From Phycisphaerae bacterium (GTDB taxonomy: Bacteria; Planctomycetota; Phycisphaerae; UBA1845; Fen-1342), in assembly GCA_050115495.1 (NCBI GenBank), contig JASFQK010000010.1, forward strand, positions 1-64,000: DNA of 64,000 nt, given 5' to 3'. A program made the translations under genes and the position numbers. Shown one piece after another: positions 17,791 to 27,644 of this stretch. The notes under the pieces were generated by a model that had not been told where the DNA came from, did no database searches, and worked only from the letters and a program-made list of their open reading frames with translations. Positions within the stretch are counted from its first letter, which is position 1. Each line of letters starts with the position of its first letter.

Positions 17791-18028
17791 CGTAAGTCGG
17801 CTTGGCTCGTGGGAAGGTCAACCGGCGTGACGGCAACACGCGTTTTTCCTGATTCTGATTGAAGTCCGCGTATTTCCAGGCGACATGGCTACGCAATGTG
17901 CCCGTACGGTTGGCATGCGTGGCATGTGTCTCCGGAGATGATGCCGCCCACCTGCTGATACAGCTTCCTCGGTCAGGCGTTGTTTGTGGACCGCTGGCTG
18001 GCAGTTGGTCCAATGGAGGAGAACGGCT

Positions 18029-18970
18029 GTGTCTTGGTATTTGAGAGGAATGTGGACGGTTGCTGGGATCGGTGTGCTGGTCGGAATCGCGGGCACGGCG
18101 GCGGGGGCGTCGGGTCCGTGGGCGTCGAGCGTCGTCTACGAGCACAACGGGACGCCGTTGACGTTCGGACCGTTTCACGCCAGCCCGCTGTGGAGTGATC
18201 CGGAGGCCGTGATCGGCAAAGTCAACACCATCGACCGCGACGACACGGGCTCGGGGACGTTCCGTGAGATTCACATGTGTTGGCCAGCCTGGTACAAGGG
18301 TTCGAACGACCTGAACCTGACCGGCCAGCCGTACGATCAGTCGCTCGGAACGAACAATGGTACCGGGCTTCGGCAGAACGGCCAGATCGTCGTGGCGTTC
18401 GACGAGCCGGTCGTGAACAACCCTGACGACGGTGGGGCGTACAACTGGGGCATCGACTTCATCGTCCACGGCAACTCGTTCTTCACCGGGCGTGAAGGGA
18501 TAAACGAACCCGACACGAACATGGAGGATTACCACATCGCGGCCGGTGGCGGCGTGTTCGCCGAGCCGGTCACGGTCAGTGTGGCCCAGACGCTGGACGG
18601 TCCGTGGTACACGTTCGAGACGCCGACGGCGGACAACTACTTCCCCACACAGCCGTGGGCGTGGGACCGGGACGCGCACGACTGGTCGACGCAGGAGCTG
18701 GATTGGGCCAAGCCGGTTAATCCGAGCCTCACCGGCGACGATTTCGGTGGCTTGTGCGTCGCCGATGCCATCGAACTCTACGACGGCTCTGCCGGTGGTA
18801 CGGGTTTCGACCTCGACGAATTCGGACTGGACTGGATTCAGTACGTCATGGTCTCAGACCCTCTGGGGCGGCAAGGTGAGATCACCGGCTTCGCGGACGT
18901 GGCCGTGCCTGAGCCGGCCACGTTGGCGCTCTTGGTTGTTGGATCCGCGGTAGCCGCGCGGCGCCGCTAG
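18029..18970 (+). CDS. PEP-CTERM surface protein with a BtuH-like domain (putative B12 binding)
   Basis: RBS GGAGGA; signal peptide; GQIVVAFDEPVVN...DFIVHGNSF...EPVTVSVAQ...WY...GFDL; C-terminus VPEPATLALLVVGSAVAARRR. Alternative ATG at 18050. Confidence 0.8.
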   Translation: MSWYLRGMWTVAGIGVLVGIAGTAAGASGPWASSVVYEHNGTPLTFGPFHASPLWSDPEAVIGKVNTIDRDDTGSGTFREIHMCWPAWYKGSNDLNLTGQPYDQSLGTNNGTGLRQNGQIVVAFDEPVVNNPDDGGAYNWGIDFIVHGNSFFTGREGINEPDTNMEDYHIAAGGGVFAEPVTVSVAQTLDGPWYTFETPTADNYFPTQPWAWDRDAHDWSTQELDWAKPVNPSLTGDDFGGLCVADAIELYDGSAGGTGFDLDEFGLDWIQYVMVSDPLGRQGEITGFADVAVPEPATLALLVVGSAVAARRR

Positions 18971-19044
18971 CCAGCGAGCGGAATCGGGGCCGGGCCGGCT
19001 TGTGCGCCGGCCTGGCCTCGCCCTTTTTCGCGAGGAGTATGCCC

Positions 19045-20658
19045 ATGACGAAACGACCTGCGATTGCCCTGGTTGTGACCTCGCTGGTTCTAGCAGTGTT
19101 TGGCGTGGGAATCGTGACCGGTCAGGGCACACCATGGACGCATTGGGCGGGGGATGCGGCGCACTCGAGTTCGGCAACTGAGGCTCCCGCGAGCCTGGAC
19201 AACATCGCCTGGGTTGCCACACCGGAGGCCCCACCGGGCGAGCTTGAGGAATTCGTGTGGCGCGGCGGTGTCGTTACGGCGGACAATCGTGCGTTCATCA
19301 CCGCCCGCCGTTACGTCGATGATGGCACCGGTTTGTGGGAGCACACCAACAACGTCGTTATCTGCTACGACGCTACGAATGGCACGCGGCTGTGGGACGA
19401 GTTCGTGGACGCGGACATCTACGAGTACGACAGTTGGGCGACGCCGGTGATCGACCGCAACGACGGCGTCGTCATCGTGGCGTCGCACTTCAGCGTCCAC
19501 GCGCTGGGCCTGGCTGACGGCGAGATCCAGTGGCGGCGCGAGTTGCCGCAAGTGCTCGTCAACGCCTCGCCGACGGTGAGCGAGGACCTTGTGAACGTCG
19601 GCGTGCCCGCCAACCGCGTGTTCATCACTGATTACACCGGTTTCACGCCGTCCGGTGGCGGGATCTACGCCATCAACGTGTCGCCTTTCGACGCGGTCGG
19701 TAATCCGTACGAGCCGGGCGACATCGTCTGGCAGGACCGCGCGCTGCCGGGCACGTGCGGCAACACGGTGGCGTATGCCGATGGCTACGTCTATGTCGGC
19801 ACCACTCACGGCGGCGTGATCCGCCGGTACGTCGCGCTCGACGGCGGCGCCCCGGGCCTCGACGCTGTGCCGGACTGGGAGACGGATACGGGTATATCGC
19901 AGATTGCCCAGTACGCCGGGTTCTACGGTGGCGTGACGGTGCACGGCGGGTATGTCTATGCCGCGGCCTACCAGTTCTACGGCACCGGTAACAGCAGCCG
20001 CATGTACAAGCTGGCTGCGGACGGTGGCGAGCTGATCTGGGAGCAACCGTGCGAGCGGACCGACTGCATCCCTGTCGTCACGGATGACGGCCGCATCTAC
20101 CTTGCCGGCGGGATCGAGGGCTTCGGTTCTGCAGTGAAGGTCCAGGCGTTCCAGGACCACGGCACCTATGCCACGCAGCTCTGGGACACGTATGACGACA
20201 CCGGCGGAAGCCTGACTGTCGGCGGTTGGACGCATCAGCCGCTTCTGGCCGGGGGTCGGTTGTATTGCGGCACGCCGGACGAGACGGAGTTCTTCGCGCC
20301 GTACACGGATCTGTACATCCTGGACGTGTCTCTGACGCCGACCGATGCCGGTTTCATCGCCGGCCACGTCTCGGGTAGCGGTGGCAGCCCGGCTTCGACC
20401 GGGCAGTACCTCTACTCAGTGGGTACCAGCGGTCTCGTCGCGTACCGCGGCGGTAACGCGGGTGATATGGACGGAGACGGCGACGTTGACGCAGATGATT
20501 TCGTCCTTTGGGCTCCTTGTATGGCCGGGCCGGAGGTGACGACGCCGCCTCCCGGCTGCGAACCGGCGGCGTTCCAGCGCGCGGATCTCGATAGCGACGG
20601 CGATGTTGATCTGCGCGACTTCGCCGAACTCCAGCGTGTTGCCGGTCAGAGCCTGTGA
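19045..20658 (+). CDS. Secreted PQQ-like/BamB-like beta-propeller protein with C-terminal dockerin-like duplicated Ca-binding loops
   Basis: WTHWAGDAAHS start; blades such as YDATNGTRLW and LADGEIQW; GDMDGDGDVDADDF...ADLDSDGDVDLRDF. Confidence 0.85.
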   Translation: MTKRPAIALVVTSLVLAVFGVGIVTGQGTPWTHWAGDAAHSSSATEAPASLDNIAWVATPEAPPGELEEFVWRGGVVTADNRAFITARRYVDDGTGLWEHTNNVVICYDATNGTRLWDEFVDADIYEYDSWATPVIDRNDGVVIVASHFSVHALGLADGEIQWRRELPQVLVNASPTVSEDLVNVGVPANRVFITDYTGFTPSGGGIYAINVSPFDAVGNPYEPGDIVWQDRALPGTCGNTVAYADGYVYVGTTHGGVIRRYVALDGGAPGLDAVPDWETDTGISQIAQYAGFYGGVTVHGGYVYAAAYQFYGTGNSSRMYKLAADGGELIWEQPCERTDCIPVVTDDGRIYLAGGIEGFGSAVKVQAFQDHGTYATQLWDTYDDTGGSLTVGGWTHQPLLAGGRLYCGTPDETEFFAPYTDLYILDVSLTPTDAGFIAGHVSGSGGSPASTGQYLYSVGTSGLVAYRGGNAGDMDGDGDVDADDFVLWAPCMAGPEVTTPPPGCEPAAFQRADLDSDGDVDLRDFAELQRVAGQSL

Positions 20659-20661
20659 CCG

Positions 20662-21501
20662 ATGGTACTCGCGAAGCGGCAGAGTCCATGGGGCTTCACG
20701 CTCGTCGAGCTTCTCGTAGTCATCGCGGTGATCGCGGTGCTGCTGGCCATTCTGCTCCCATCGCTTTCGGCTGCGCGGGCCCAGGCGCGACAGGTGGTCT
20801 GCGGCAGTAACCTGCGTCAACTCGGTTTCGGTTTCTGCATGTATGCCGGCGATTACGACGGTCGGGCCATGCCGCTGGCCTACACCGATCCGGAGATCGT
20901 CGGCACGGGGCCGCCCATCTACTGGTGGGGCACGTGTGATATGAGTGGCATCGATCACGCCCGTGGCTTCCTCTGGCCGTATCTGCGCAGCGACCTTCGC
21001 GCCTGCGGCGTCTATGAATGCCCCGACCAACCTTGGGGCTCGTACACGCCGCAGGGCGCTGCGCAGACGGATGTCACGAGCACGTACGGCTACAACGGCT
21101 ACTTCCTGTGCCCGCCGCACACGCCCGGGTGGAGCTACCAGATCGGCCACCGGCCGTGGCAGAACCTCGACACGTTGTCTGATCCCGCGCGGCTGTTCGT
21201 CTTCGGCGACACGATGCTGGCGTGGGCCGGAGGTATGCAGAACAACGCACTGCTCGATCCGCCGCGCCTGTATCAGCGGCCGCTCTGGCGGTTGAACGCC
21301 AGCCCGACGACAAGCTTTCGCCATCGCCGGCGAACGCAGACGGCACATGCGGACGGCCATGTCGACCTGTACGGGCCCGAGGACAACCTTCCGCCACCGG
21401 GTGGTAACCCGGCATTGCAGGCATTATGGGACGAGCACGGCATCGGCTCGGTCGGCAAGTACAACGATCCGCACTACGTACCCGACTGGCGGGAGTGGTG
21501 A
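20662..21501 (+). CDS. Prepilin-type N-terminal cleavage/methylation protein, DUF1559/H-X9-DG type
   Basis: [29 protein letters not shown]...[29 protein letters not shown]. Confidence 0.92.
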   Translation: MVLAKRQSPWGFTLVELLVVIAVIAVLLAILLPSLSAARAQARQVVCGSNLRQLGFGFCMYAGDYDGRAMPLAYTDPEIVGTGPPIYWWGTCDMSGIDHARGFLWPYLRSDLRACGVYECPDQPWGSYTPQGAAQTDVTSTYGYNGYFLCPPHTPGWSYQIGHRPWQNLDTLSDPARLFVFGDTMLAWAGGMQNNALLDPPRLYQRPLWRLNASPTTSFRHRRRTQTAHADGHVDLYGPEDNLPPPGGNPALQALWDEHGIGSVGKYNDPHYVPDWREW

Positions 21502-21911
21502 CGGCGCTGCCGACAGCAGCCGGTCGGCGGTGACCGCGACGTTCGCGATCCGCGTTGGGCATCTTCAGCGTGGCGCCGGCGGCGTGCTGACGATCTCGTT
21601 TGACATCGCGGGCACGTTCGATTTCAAGGACTATCACGACGACACGACCGCGGCGGACGGGCAGTGGAAGATCCGGCAGGACGCCGGCATCCACCCGTTC
21701 CCGCCGGGGATTTCGTGTACGGCGGAGTAGGATTCATTGCGGGGGTGGCCGAAGGACCAAGAGGGGGGTAGCGTCTCCTCATCGTGCGAGGCTGCTTCGC
21801 CTGTGGCTAGGCGGAGGCGGCGGGCGTACACTGTGTTCACACGGCGGTTTGCCGTCTGGCCTGAGTTGCCGGGCCGCCGGTTGGACGGGGCACGTTTAGG
21901 GGAGACGAATC

Positions 21912-22430
21912 ATGCGAATAGGACAGATTGCTCTGTGTCTGGTTGTGCTGGCCTTGCCGGCGTCGCGGCTTCTCGGTCTGGAGCAGGGCTCGCCGGTGAC
22001 GCGGGAGTGCGTCCCGAAGCTGCGCGTGTCGGCACCACACGCGCCCTTTGCCGGCGCGGACGGGAACGTCGCCATATCGCTCGCCCTGCATAACGACGGC
22101 AGCCGGGCGCTGTCCATCCACTACGGGAACCTGCCGTGGGTCAAGATGTCCGGCGAGAACCTGCTTGTCTTCAGGGATGGCGAGCGCGTGTCGCCGGAGG
22201 GACTCCAGGTGGGGCGGCCGTACGGGGAGCCGCTCAGCCCGCTGGACGTGCTGGGGCCAGGAGAGGAGAGAAGCGGCATGACGGGGCTGTCGCATCTCCC
22301 GGCCGGCCGGTACGAACTGGTCGGACTGGTGCCCTGTGAGGTGCGCTTCGCCGGGGAGACGCAGTCGATCAGAGTGTTCCTCCCGATCCCGCACCTGAGT
22401 TTCGAGGTGGCGAAGAGCGATTCGAAGTGA
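21912..22430 (+). CDS. Hypothetical secreted beta-sandwich protein
   Basis: RBS GGGAG, signal peptide, Ig-like pattern (ISLALHNDG...LGPGEER...PAGRYEL). Confidence 0.7.
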   Translation: MRIGQIALCLVVLALPASRLLGLEQGSPVTRECVPKLRVSAPHAPFAGADGNVAISLALHNDGSRALSIHYGNLPWVKMSGENLLVFRDGERVSPEGLQVGRPYGEPLSPLDVLGPGEERSGMTGLSHLPAGRYELVGLVPCEVRFAGETQSIRVFLPIPHLSFEVAKSDSK

Positions 22431-22580
22431 AGCGGCGATGACCGCGTACGAATGCGCGCCCGACAATCGGCGGGGCGATGGGGAGCGCGGTTGGTCGGGG
22501 AGCGGACAACAGAAGCAGGATGTTCCCCGTCTTGACCCCGTTTCCTGAGATCAAGGAGGACCTAAGGTGGGGGCTGGAAT

Positions 22581-23309
22581 GTGCCAAGGATGAAGTACTT
22601 CACACTGGGGCCGTTACCAGGCCGGTACTACGCCGATGCGCTGCGTGATAGGAAACGATCGGTCATGGAAAGGCCAGGGGGTTCTCCTTGCGTGGCCTGC
22701 GGGAGGTCTCCGGCTGGCGTGAGGTTTGGGCCGCCGCACTACATGGAGCTTCTGGAGGTCAAGCGCTTCGGGGACTACCTGGCGGTCTACGGGAACGCCG
22801 ATTTTGGTGCATCGGAACGTTTTCTAGACGTCTGCAACGAGGAGGGCATCCGCGGGCTGGAGATCGTCCATCCGCCCGTGGTCGTAACCCGCGTTGGCAC
22901 GCGGGGGCGGCGAGAGGGAGGTCATCCGGTTTACCACTTGGTCGAGATCGCGCGCGAAGGGGCCGACCTCGATGATGAGGGCTCGGAGATTACTCGTAGC
23001 GAGGTCGTGTGCTCCCGCTGCCGGGCAGGCCCAATCGACGGGTACCAGCGTATCGTGCTGAAGCCGGGGAGCGAGTGTGGCTTGGACATTTTCTACGCTC
23101 TCGGCCTGCCGGGCGATATTCTCGTGTCGGAGAAGTTCGTCGACGTCTGCCTCCGCCATCGAATCAGCAATACCTACTTCACGCCGTGCGAGGTGGCCAG
23201 GTACTGGTGGTCTACCGGGAAGGACATATTCAAAGATCCTCTCGGCGTAGTCATACCGGTCGATCCGCGAAGCGCGCGCGTGCGCAAGCGCGCCAGGGGC
23301 GAAGCGTGA
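22581..23309 (+). CDS. Double-CXXC(G) protein, resembling SitI6/Imm11-like immunity proteins (paralog 1)
   Basis: CVACG and CSRC; GASERFLD; LDIFYALGLPGDILVSEKFVDVC...ISNTYF. Confidence 0.7.
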   Translation: MPRMKYFTLGPLPGRYYADALRDRKRSVMERPGGSPCVACGRSPAGVRFGPPHYMELLEVKRFGDYLAVYGNADFGASERFLDVCNEEGIRGLEIVHPPVVVTRVGTRGRREGGHPVYHLVEIAREGADLDDEGSEITRSEVVCSRCRAGPIDGYQRIVLKPGSECGLDIFYALGLPGDILVSEKFVDVCLRHRISNTYFTPCEVARYWWSTGKDIFKDPLGVVIPVDPRSARVRKRARGEA

Positions 23310-23522
23310 CGGCCGGGCACCCTGCGGCCCGGGAGCAGACGGGATAGTCCGCTCGGTGAGAACGGCGGCGTAGCTGCAGGGCGAGGTCGGACGGCAGGCG
23401 CGAGTGCAGAGGAGCTCATTGAGGAGCTCGCAGAGCAATTGCCGACATTCTCTGGAGATTGCGGGACGCGGTGGGTAGGTTGAAGTGCGTGTGGTAGTGA
23501 TTGGCGTGTCAGGCGAAGAAGA

Positions 23523-24278
23523 ATGGCAGAGAAGCACTACACATTGGCGCAGTTCCCGCCTTGGGGTCTGTACTTCGCGGAAGGGCTGCTCGACAACAAA
23601 CGTGTCGTCCCCGAGAGGCCGGGGCCCCATCCCTGCGTGGTGTGCGGACGGGCTGCGAGCGCATTGAGGTTTGGGCCGCCGCACTACGTCGAACTCGTGG
23701 ACGTCAAGCGCTTCGGGGATTACCTCTACGTCTACGGACAAACTGACTTCGGTATCTCTGAACGATTCTTGGGTATTTGCGAGAAGGAGGCGGTGCGTGG
23801 TATCGAAGTGGTCTATCCACCAATCGTGGTTACGCGCGTGGGTCGGCGACACCGCGAGGGCCGGGTCCCGCCCGTCTATCACATGGTCGAGATCGCCCGC
23901 GAGGGGGCCGACCTGGACGATGAAGCCTCGGGTGTTGTGCGGACGAAGATCCTGTGCCCGCGATGTCGCTTCGGCGGAGTTGACGCATATCAGCGCATCG
24001 TGCTGAAGCCGGAAAGCGACCGCGGTCTGGACATCTTCTGCGTGCTTGGCCTGCCAGGCGATTTCATCGTGTCGGAGAAGTTCGTCGACATGTGTGTCCG
24101 CCATCAGATCAGCAACACGTACTTCACGCCCTGCGAGGTAGCCACGTGGGACGCGTATGCCAAGATTGAGCAGCCCCCGGACCCGCCGGGTGTGGTGATC
24201 CCTGTTAATCCTCGGAGCGCTCGGGCGCAGGCGCGCGCTGAGGGGAGAACGGCGGTTGATCGGCGCCGGAAGGGGTAG
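23523..24278 (+). CDS. Double-CXXC(G) protein, resembling SitI6/Imm11-like immunity proteins (paralog 2)
   Basis: CVVCG and CPRC; LDIFCVLGLPGDFIVSEKFVDMC...ISNTYF; clear paralog of 22581-23309. Confidence 0.7.
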   Translation: MAEKHYTLAQFPPWGLYFAEGLLDNKRVVPERPGPHPCVVCGRAASALRFGPPHYVELVDVKRFGDYLYVYGQTDFGISERFLGICEKEAVRGIEVVYPPIVVTRVGRRHREGRVPPVYHMVEIAREGADLDDEASGVVRTKILCPRCRFGGVDAYQRIVLKPESDRGLDIFCVLGLPGDFIVSEKFVDMCVRHQISNTYFTPCEVATWDAYAKIEQPPDPPGVVIPVNPRSARAQARAEGRTAVDRRRKG

Positions 24279-24637
24279 GGATCTGCCCGCGCCGGTCGCA
24301 AGGCGCGGCTGCGTCAGTGGGCGGACGACAGGGCGTTGGGGACACTGGCCGGCGCGGGGGCGGTCGGGCTGTACGGGTGGCGCCAGGGCGGTTTGACGAT
24401 GGGCGTGGGGGACACGATAATCTCATGAGGACATTTCAGGCCCCGTTCGGGATGGTTGCCTGACGGGGTTGGCAGGGACGCCCGGGGGTGACGAGCGACC
24501 TCGTTGGTACGCCAGTTTGGGGTGCGGCGGTGGTTGCAGCCGGCGCGCCGCCGACGGCGGGCCGAGAGCGGAGCGACGAGGGTCTCATTTCTGCCGGCAC
24601 TCCGCCGGCGCACGACGACACTGGCCGAGGACAAGCC

Positions 24638-27031
24638 ATGAACGCGGGTAGCGCCAAGCCACACGGGCCGCATCCGGCGGTCGGTTCCGCCGACCCGACC
24701 AGCTCGGCCGCCGGCGACGCGTCGACGATTCGGCGAGGGCCACAGGAATCGCCGGCGGCGCGGAGCGAGACGGAAGGCGGCGCGACGGGGCAGTCGGTCG
24801 GGCCGCTGCCGGCGCAGATCGGGCGATACAAAGTCCGCCGAATCATCGCCTCCGGCGGGATGGGGACGGTGTACGAGGCGACGCAGGAGAAGCCGCGGCG
24901 GGCCGTCGCCGTCAAGGTCATGAAGCACGGTATCGCCTCGCCCTCGGCGATGCGGCGGTTTGAGTACGAGGCGCAACTGCTGGCCCGGCTGCACCACCCG
25001 GGCATCGCCCAGATCTACGAAGCCGACACGTTCGACGACGGGAGCGGCTGCGTCCCGTACTTCGCGATGGAGTACATCCTGGGGGCCCGGCCGATCACGA
25101 AGTACGCCGACGAGAAGAAGCTCGGCACGCGGCAGCGGCTCGAGCTGTTCGTCCGCGTCTGCGACGCCGTGCAGCACGGCCACCAGAAGGGCATCATCCA
25201 CCGCGACCTGAAGCCGGGGAACATCCTGGTCGACGCGCAAGGCGAGCCGAAGATCATCGATTTCGGCGTCGCCCGCGGAACCGACTCGGATCTGGCGGTG
25301 ACCACGCTGCAGACGGACGTTGGCCAACTCGTCGGGACGCTGCAATACATGAGCCCGGAGCAGTGTGCCGCCGACCCGCACGACATCGACGTACGCAGCG
25401 ACGTGTACGCCCTGGGCGTGGTGCTGTACGAGCTGCTGTCGGGCAAGCTGCCGTACGACGTGCGCAACAAGCCGGCGTACGAGTGCACGCGGGTGATTCG
25501 GGAGGAGACGCCGGACCGGCTGAGCACGGTGGACCGGACGCTGCGCGGCGACGTGGAGACGATCGTCGCCAAGGCGCTCGAGAAGGACCGCGACCGGCGG
25601 TACCAGTGTGCGGTCGAGTTGGCGCAGGACATCCGCCGGTACCTGGCCGGCCAGGCAATCGTGGCGCGGACGCCGAGCATGGCGTACCAGCTTCGCCTCT
25701 TCGCCCGGCGACATCGGGCGTTGCTGACGGGGGCGGCGGTGGTGGCCGGCGTGCTGGTGGTCGGGGCGGGCGTGAGTACGTGGCTGGCGGTGTGGGCCAT
25801 GCGGGCGGAGCGGCAGGTGAGTGCGCTGCTCGATCAGACGGAAAAGGCTCGCCAGCAGGCGGTGCACAAGGCAGCCGTGGCGCAGAGAGCGAACGACTTC
25901 GTCTCCGAGATTCTGGCATCGGTGGCGCCGACGCAGGCGGGGTTGCGCACGGCCCGCGACGTCCTGGACGATGCGGCGAAACGCGTCGACCGCGAGTTCG
26001 CGCAGGAGCCGCTGGCCAAAGCGCTGATTCACCTGACGCTGGCGAACACGTATTGGGAACTCGGGGTGTACGAGGTGGCGCTCCACCACGCCGACCAGGC
26101 GGTGCGTCTGCGTCGGGCGGAGCTCGGCGAGGGTCATCGCGACACGCTGACCGCGATGAACACGCTGGCGGTGCTGTATCGCTACGTCAAGCGCTACGAC
26201 GAGGCCAGGGAGTTGCAGGCCGAGACGCTCGATCTGCGCGAGAAGCACCTGGGACCGGAGGATCCGGACACGTTAGGGTCGATGAACAACCTCGCCGTGG
26301 TACTGCGGAGCCTGGGGCGGCTTGATGAAGGGGAGTGGTTGCATCGGAAGGCGCTGGAGACTCGGCGACGCGTATTGGGGCCCGAGCACGTGGATACGCT
26401 CAGCTCGATGACGAACCTGGCGGCGCTGCTGTCGGACAAGGGCGAACTGAACGAGGCGGTGGCGCTCACGCGAGAGGCGCTGGACATCCGCCGGCGAGCG
26501 TTGGATGCGGGGCATCCGGATACGCTCCAGTCGATGAACAACCTGGCCAAGCTGCTGGTCGAGCGTGGCGAGTGGGACGAGGCCGAGCGGCTGTATCGTG
26601 AAGCGCTGCCGCTGGCCCGCCGGACGTTCGGGGATCGGCATCCGCGCGTGGCGACGTTGCAGCGCAATCTCGCGGAGGTCCTTGCTCGCCAGGGGAACGA
26701 TGCGGCGGCGATCCCGTACTTCGAGGAAGCCCGCCGGCTCAGGCAGGACGCCCGGCCGCCCGACGACGAGACCGTGGTCGACATCATGGCCGATCTCGGC
26801 GCGTGTTGGACGCGGCTCAAGCAGTACGAGACGGCCGAGCGGATTCTGCTGGAGGCGTGGGAGCGTCTGGAGCGGCCCGAGGTGCAGAGCGGCCCGCAGA
26901 CCCGGGCGGACGTGGTGCGGGCGCTCGTCGAGCTGTATGACGCGTGGGGCAGGGCGGACCAGGCGGCGGAGTGGCGCCCGCGGCTTCCGGCGGCGGAAGT
27001 GCCGGCGACGCGGCCGAGCGACGACGAATAG
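24638..27031 (+). CDS. Ser/Thr protein kinase with TM segment and TPR repeats
   Basis: GGMGTVY, AVKVM, HRDLKPGN, DFG, YMSPEQ; repeated LGPEHxDTLxSMNNLA TPRs; RBS GAGGA. Confidence 0.95.
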   Translation: MNAGSAKPHGPHPAVGSADPTSSAAGDASTIRRGPQESPAARSETEGGATGQSVGPLPAQIGRYKVRRIIASGGMGTVYEATQEKPRRAVAVKVMKHGIASPSAMRRFEYEAQLLARLHHPGIAQIYEADTFDDGSGCVPYFAMEYILGARPITKYADEKKLGTRQRLELFVRVCDAVQHGHQKGIIHRDLKPGNILVDAQGEPKIIDFGVARGTDSDLAVTTLQTDVGQLVGTLQYMSPEQCAADPHDIDVRSDVYALGVVLYELLSGKLPYDVRNKPAYECTRVIREETPDRLSTVDRTLRGDVETIVAKALEKDRDRRYQCAVELAQDIRRYLAGQAIVARTPSMAYQLRLFARRHRALLTGAAVVAGVLVVGAGVSTWLAVWAMRAERQVSALLDQTEKARQQAVHKAAVAQRANDFVSEILASVAPTQAGLRTARDVLDDAAKRVDREFAQEPLAKALIHLTLANTYWELGVYEVALHHADQAVRLRRAELGEGHRDTLTAMNTLAVLYRYVKRYDEARELQAETLDLREKHLGPEDPDTLGSMNNLAVVLRSLGRLDEGEWLHRKALETRRRVLGPEHVDTLSSMTNLAALLSDKGELNEAVALTREALDIRRRALDAGHPDTLQSMNNLAKLLVERGEWDEAERLYREALPLARRTFGDRHPRVATLQRNLAEVLARQGNDAAAIPYFEEARRLRQDARPPDDETVVDIMADLGACWTRLKQYETAERILLEAWERLERPEVQSGPQTRADVVRALVELYDAWGRADQAAEWRPRLPAAEVPATRPSDDE

Positions 27032-27200
27032 TGCCAGAATCCGCCAGAAGACGCGTTCCGGCGACACACGAGTGTTGTCTGGCGCTCGCGGGGGAATCGG
27101 TCGGCAGCGCGGAATCAGCGGAGCAGGTCACTGGCGTGCGCGGACCGCCACGCCGATGTAATCTGCGGCGGAGGGTGAGTGCGGCCGTGCTGCCGCCGGT

Positions 27201-27644
27201 CTAGACGGGCCTCTCCAGCCAGTCCGGGTCTTCGATCGACTTGATGACCCAGCCCAGGATGTCCGGTGGAGGTGGCGTATCCTGGTTCACCGGGGAGTTG
27301 CCGCCCGTGTCCAGCCATTCCTTGACCCTGTCGGGCATCGCCTTGCCGTGCTCTTCGGCCCGCTTGCGGCATCGTGCCGCAACCCATTCACCCATGCGTG
27401 TCTCGTAGCTGTAGTCGTACTCGTTCATCTTTCTCCAGTCCGGGTTCACGATGGACTTGACGAGCCAGCCCAGTACCTCCGCGGGCGCCCGGGTATCTTG
27501 GTCGATCGGCGTATCGCCGTGGCTGTCCAGCCAGGCCCTGACTGCCTTGGGCATTGGCCGGTGGTGCACTTCGGCCCGTTTGCGGCATCGCGCCGTGATC
27601 CACGCACCGACTCGCTGCTCATGTTTGTGTTTGTCCCCGTGCAT
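27201..27644 (-). CDS. Hypothetical 147-aa protein made of two tandem ~72-aa repeats
   Basis: EQRVGAWITARCRKRAE...LGWLVKSIVNPDW vs ETRMGEWVAARCRKRAE...LGWVIKSIEDPDW; TATACT 7 nt upstream of ATG. Confidence 0.85.
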   Translation of the reverse strand: MHGDKHKHEQRVGAWITARCRKRAEVHHRPMPKAVRAWLDSHGDTPIDQDTRAPAEVLGWLVKSIVNPDWRKMNEYDYSYETRMGEWVAARCRKRAEEHGKAMPDRVKEWLDTGGNSPVNQDTPPPPDILGWVIKSIEDPDWLERPV

